Assembly (NCBI GenBank): GCA_035084275.1
Contig: CM068755.1
Location: 11,160,001-11,224,000, forward strand
Direction of reading: 5' to 3'
Origin: Hydrolagus colliei
Lineage: Eukaryota
DNA: 64,000 nt
This document shows positions 62,451 through 64,000 of this stretch, piece by piece (the stretch's first letter is position 1; the number at the start of each line of letters is the position of its first letter). Position numbers and translations under genes: made by a program. The notes beneath the pieces were generated by a model. The model did not search any database. It was not told where the DNA came from and saw only the letters and a list, made by a program, of their open reading frames with translations.

Positions 62451-62964
62451 TCTAGTAACTAGACGTCCCAACACGCTGACTCCTCGTGAAGGTCAACTAG
62501 AAACAGGGTTTGGTTCAAAGGTTAATGGGGGAAAAAATAAGTGAGATAAAGTGAGAAGGAAGATTGTGTGTGGCTGAGCAGAATATAAATGAGCTGTAGA
62601 GGTTCTCAATAGCAACAACTTGCCTTTATGTCATGCCCTTCCTCTGCTTAAAAGTGTTTGAAGTCCTTTGTGTCTAACTAAAGATCATTATTACAATAAT
62701 TGATGCTGACAACACGAATGCAGATGTGAAAATTAGTGCTTAGTATTCAAGATTGTCCCAGCGACCGTTCAGGTTTGCCTGAGATCATTCCAGACACCAG
62801 CTCCTAGTTCTACAAATATGAACCATGTGAAGCTGCCGCTAATTCATTATAAGTTCACAGTGCACACACATTTACCAACCAGCAGAGATTCACATATATG
62901 ACCACCTGACTGTATAAGTTGGTAAATTAATCAAAGATGAACCCTCAGTGATTTATGAACATTG

Positions 62965-63029
62965 AGCTCCTTGGGACGTCCTCCCGACGCGAAAGGTACT
63001 TTACAAATGTAACTTTGCTGTTGTTGTTG
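62965..63029 (+). mobile_element. Solo L2 3' tail (type B)
   Basis: agctccttgggacgtcctcccgacgcgaaaggtactttacaaatgtaactttgctg(ttg)n. Confidence 0.8.
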
Positions 63030-63544
63030 ACTTAACATGAGAAGTCAACAAAATTAAGGGAGTCACCTGAGGAAGTCTCTCTTCTTAGGGAGTCTTGTCA
63101 ATCAGGATATTGAACTTGAGCGCTTGTGATTGAGAGCAGGTTGGTAGAGTTCAGCAGAAATTACAGGACCCAACCAGGATTAAATATTGCAACATCACTT
63201 TATTCAGTGCATGCGGGCTGTCCTTGAATGGCAAATTGATCATGTCGTAGATCATAACAAACGTTTCCAACTTCACCCACACTTTGCAGTCAGCAAGACG
63301 ACTGTGGCTTGACAGCTACGCTGCTCAGATTTGTACAGGTATTTCCATCATGGATAGTAACCATGGCTTAGGTAAAATTGGAGCAATTGACTACACGCTG
63401 AACAACTTGTATTTCAGAGCACTGCTGGCCACTGATTGGATCAGCAGCAGCAAATTGCACTTATAATAAGGTCTTTCACATAGAATGAACGTCACGAAGA
63501 GTTTAACTAATGTGATGGCTGGCAGGAAAAATAGAATGTTGGCC

Positions 63545-63830
63545 GACTGCCCGATCAAAAAGATATGTTCCTTGGAAGATCTTGAAGGTGAGAAGAAAGA
63601 AAGTAGTACTTGTAGCAATTGACTAAACGCCAAACGAGGAGTGTTGCAGAGGGGGCGAAAGGCTTGGTCTTCAATGATGAGATGGAGGGAGTACAGAATA
63701 AATAGGAGATCAGAATAGGAAGATACAGACAGCAACATTGGGTTGGAGGACATTGTACAGACAGGGAGAGTCGAGACAGTGAACGGATCTGAAAGTCACA
63801 ACAAGAATCTTCAAGTTGATCCACTGGAGT
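63545..63830 (-). mobile_element. Old L2-clade LINE ORF2 3' fragment
   Basis: Minus strand reads LQWINLKILVVTFRSVHCLDSPCLYNVLQP (compare RI.FKIL.L.FK.LHGLAPPYL..LL.P), then IEDQAF. Confidence 0.7.
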
Positions 63831-64000
63831 ATTGATTCAGTGGGATACTTGCACTGTGAGTACTACAAAGGGAATTTCACCAAGGAAATTGACTGCAGTT
63901 AGCCTTGAGGGTTAGAAGCTAGCACACACTGTGGTTGGTAATGTTACCTCCGTTGCTGTATATCTGATGTGCCAGGTCAATAAATAGAACAGCCATTGTT

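Noticed and set aside
2718-63029. Recurrent ~35-bp hairpin repeats as a CRISPR-like or REP-like array
   Set aside because: They are dispersed on both strands at irregular spacing, attached to LINE/SINE bodies and microsatellite tails, and lie in a eukaryotic context with no cas genes.
1-64000. Short ORFs (60-130 aa) in the supplied track as host genes
   Set aside because: None resembles a protein I recognise other than LINE ORF2. Many use non-ATG starts, overlap repeats or are antisense shadows, and no consistent exon chain is visible. Tiny exons cannot be excluded without RNA data.

Overview
AT-rich (roughly 60% by eye), CpG-poor vertebrate non-coding DNA, consistent with a large intron or gene desert. 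I found no credible host exon, RNA gene, CRISPR array or prokaryotic feature. The few ORFs with recognisable content are decayed LINE ORF2 fragments or their antisense shadows. The repeat content is 5'-truncated L2-clade LINEs with (TTG)n tails, CR1-clade fragments, a tRNA-Ala(UGC)-headed SINE with an (ATT)n tail, and older Deu-domain SINEs resembling SacSINE1/AmnSINE1. This points to a cartilaginous fish, possibly a chimaera (inference from recalled family features, not a database result). The most notable signals are: (1) three distinct retroposon 3' tails that share one covarying double stem-loop; (2) many 'tail-only' 60-75 bp insertions starting at the base of that hairpin; (3) reciprocal SINE/LINE nesting; (4) a 247-bp, about 98% identical direct duplication; (5) several repeat-free blocks with clustered homeodomain/Pbx-Hox/TCF/RFX-type motifs that are candidate conserved enhancers. 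I do not see support for a wholly new biological system. Repeat boundaries were read by eye and are approximate (about 10-30 bp).
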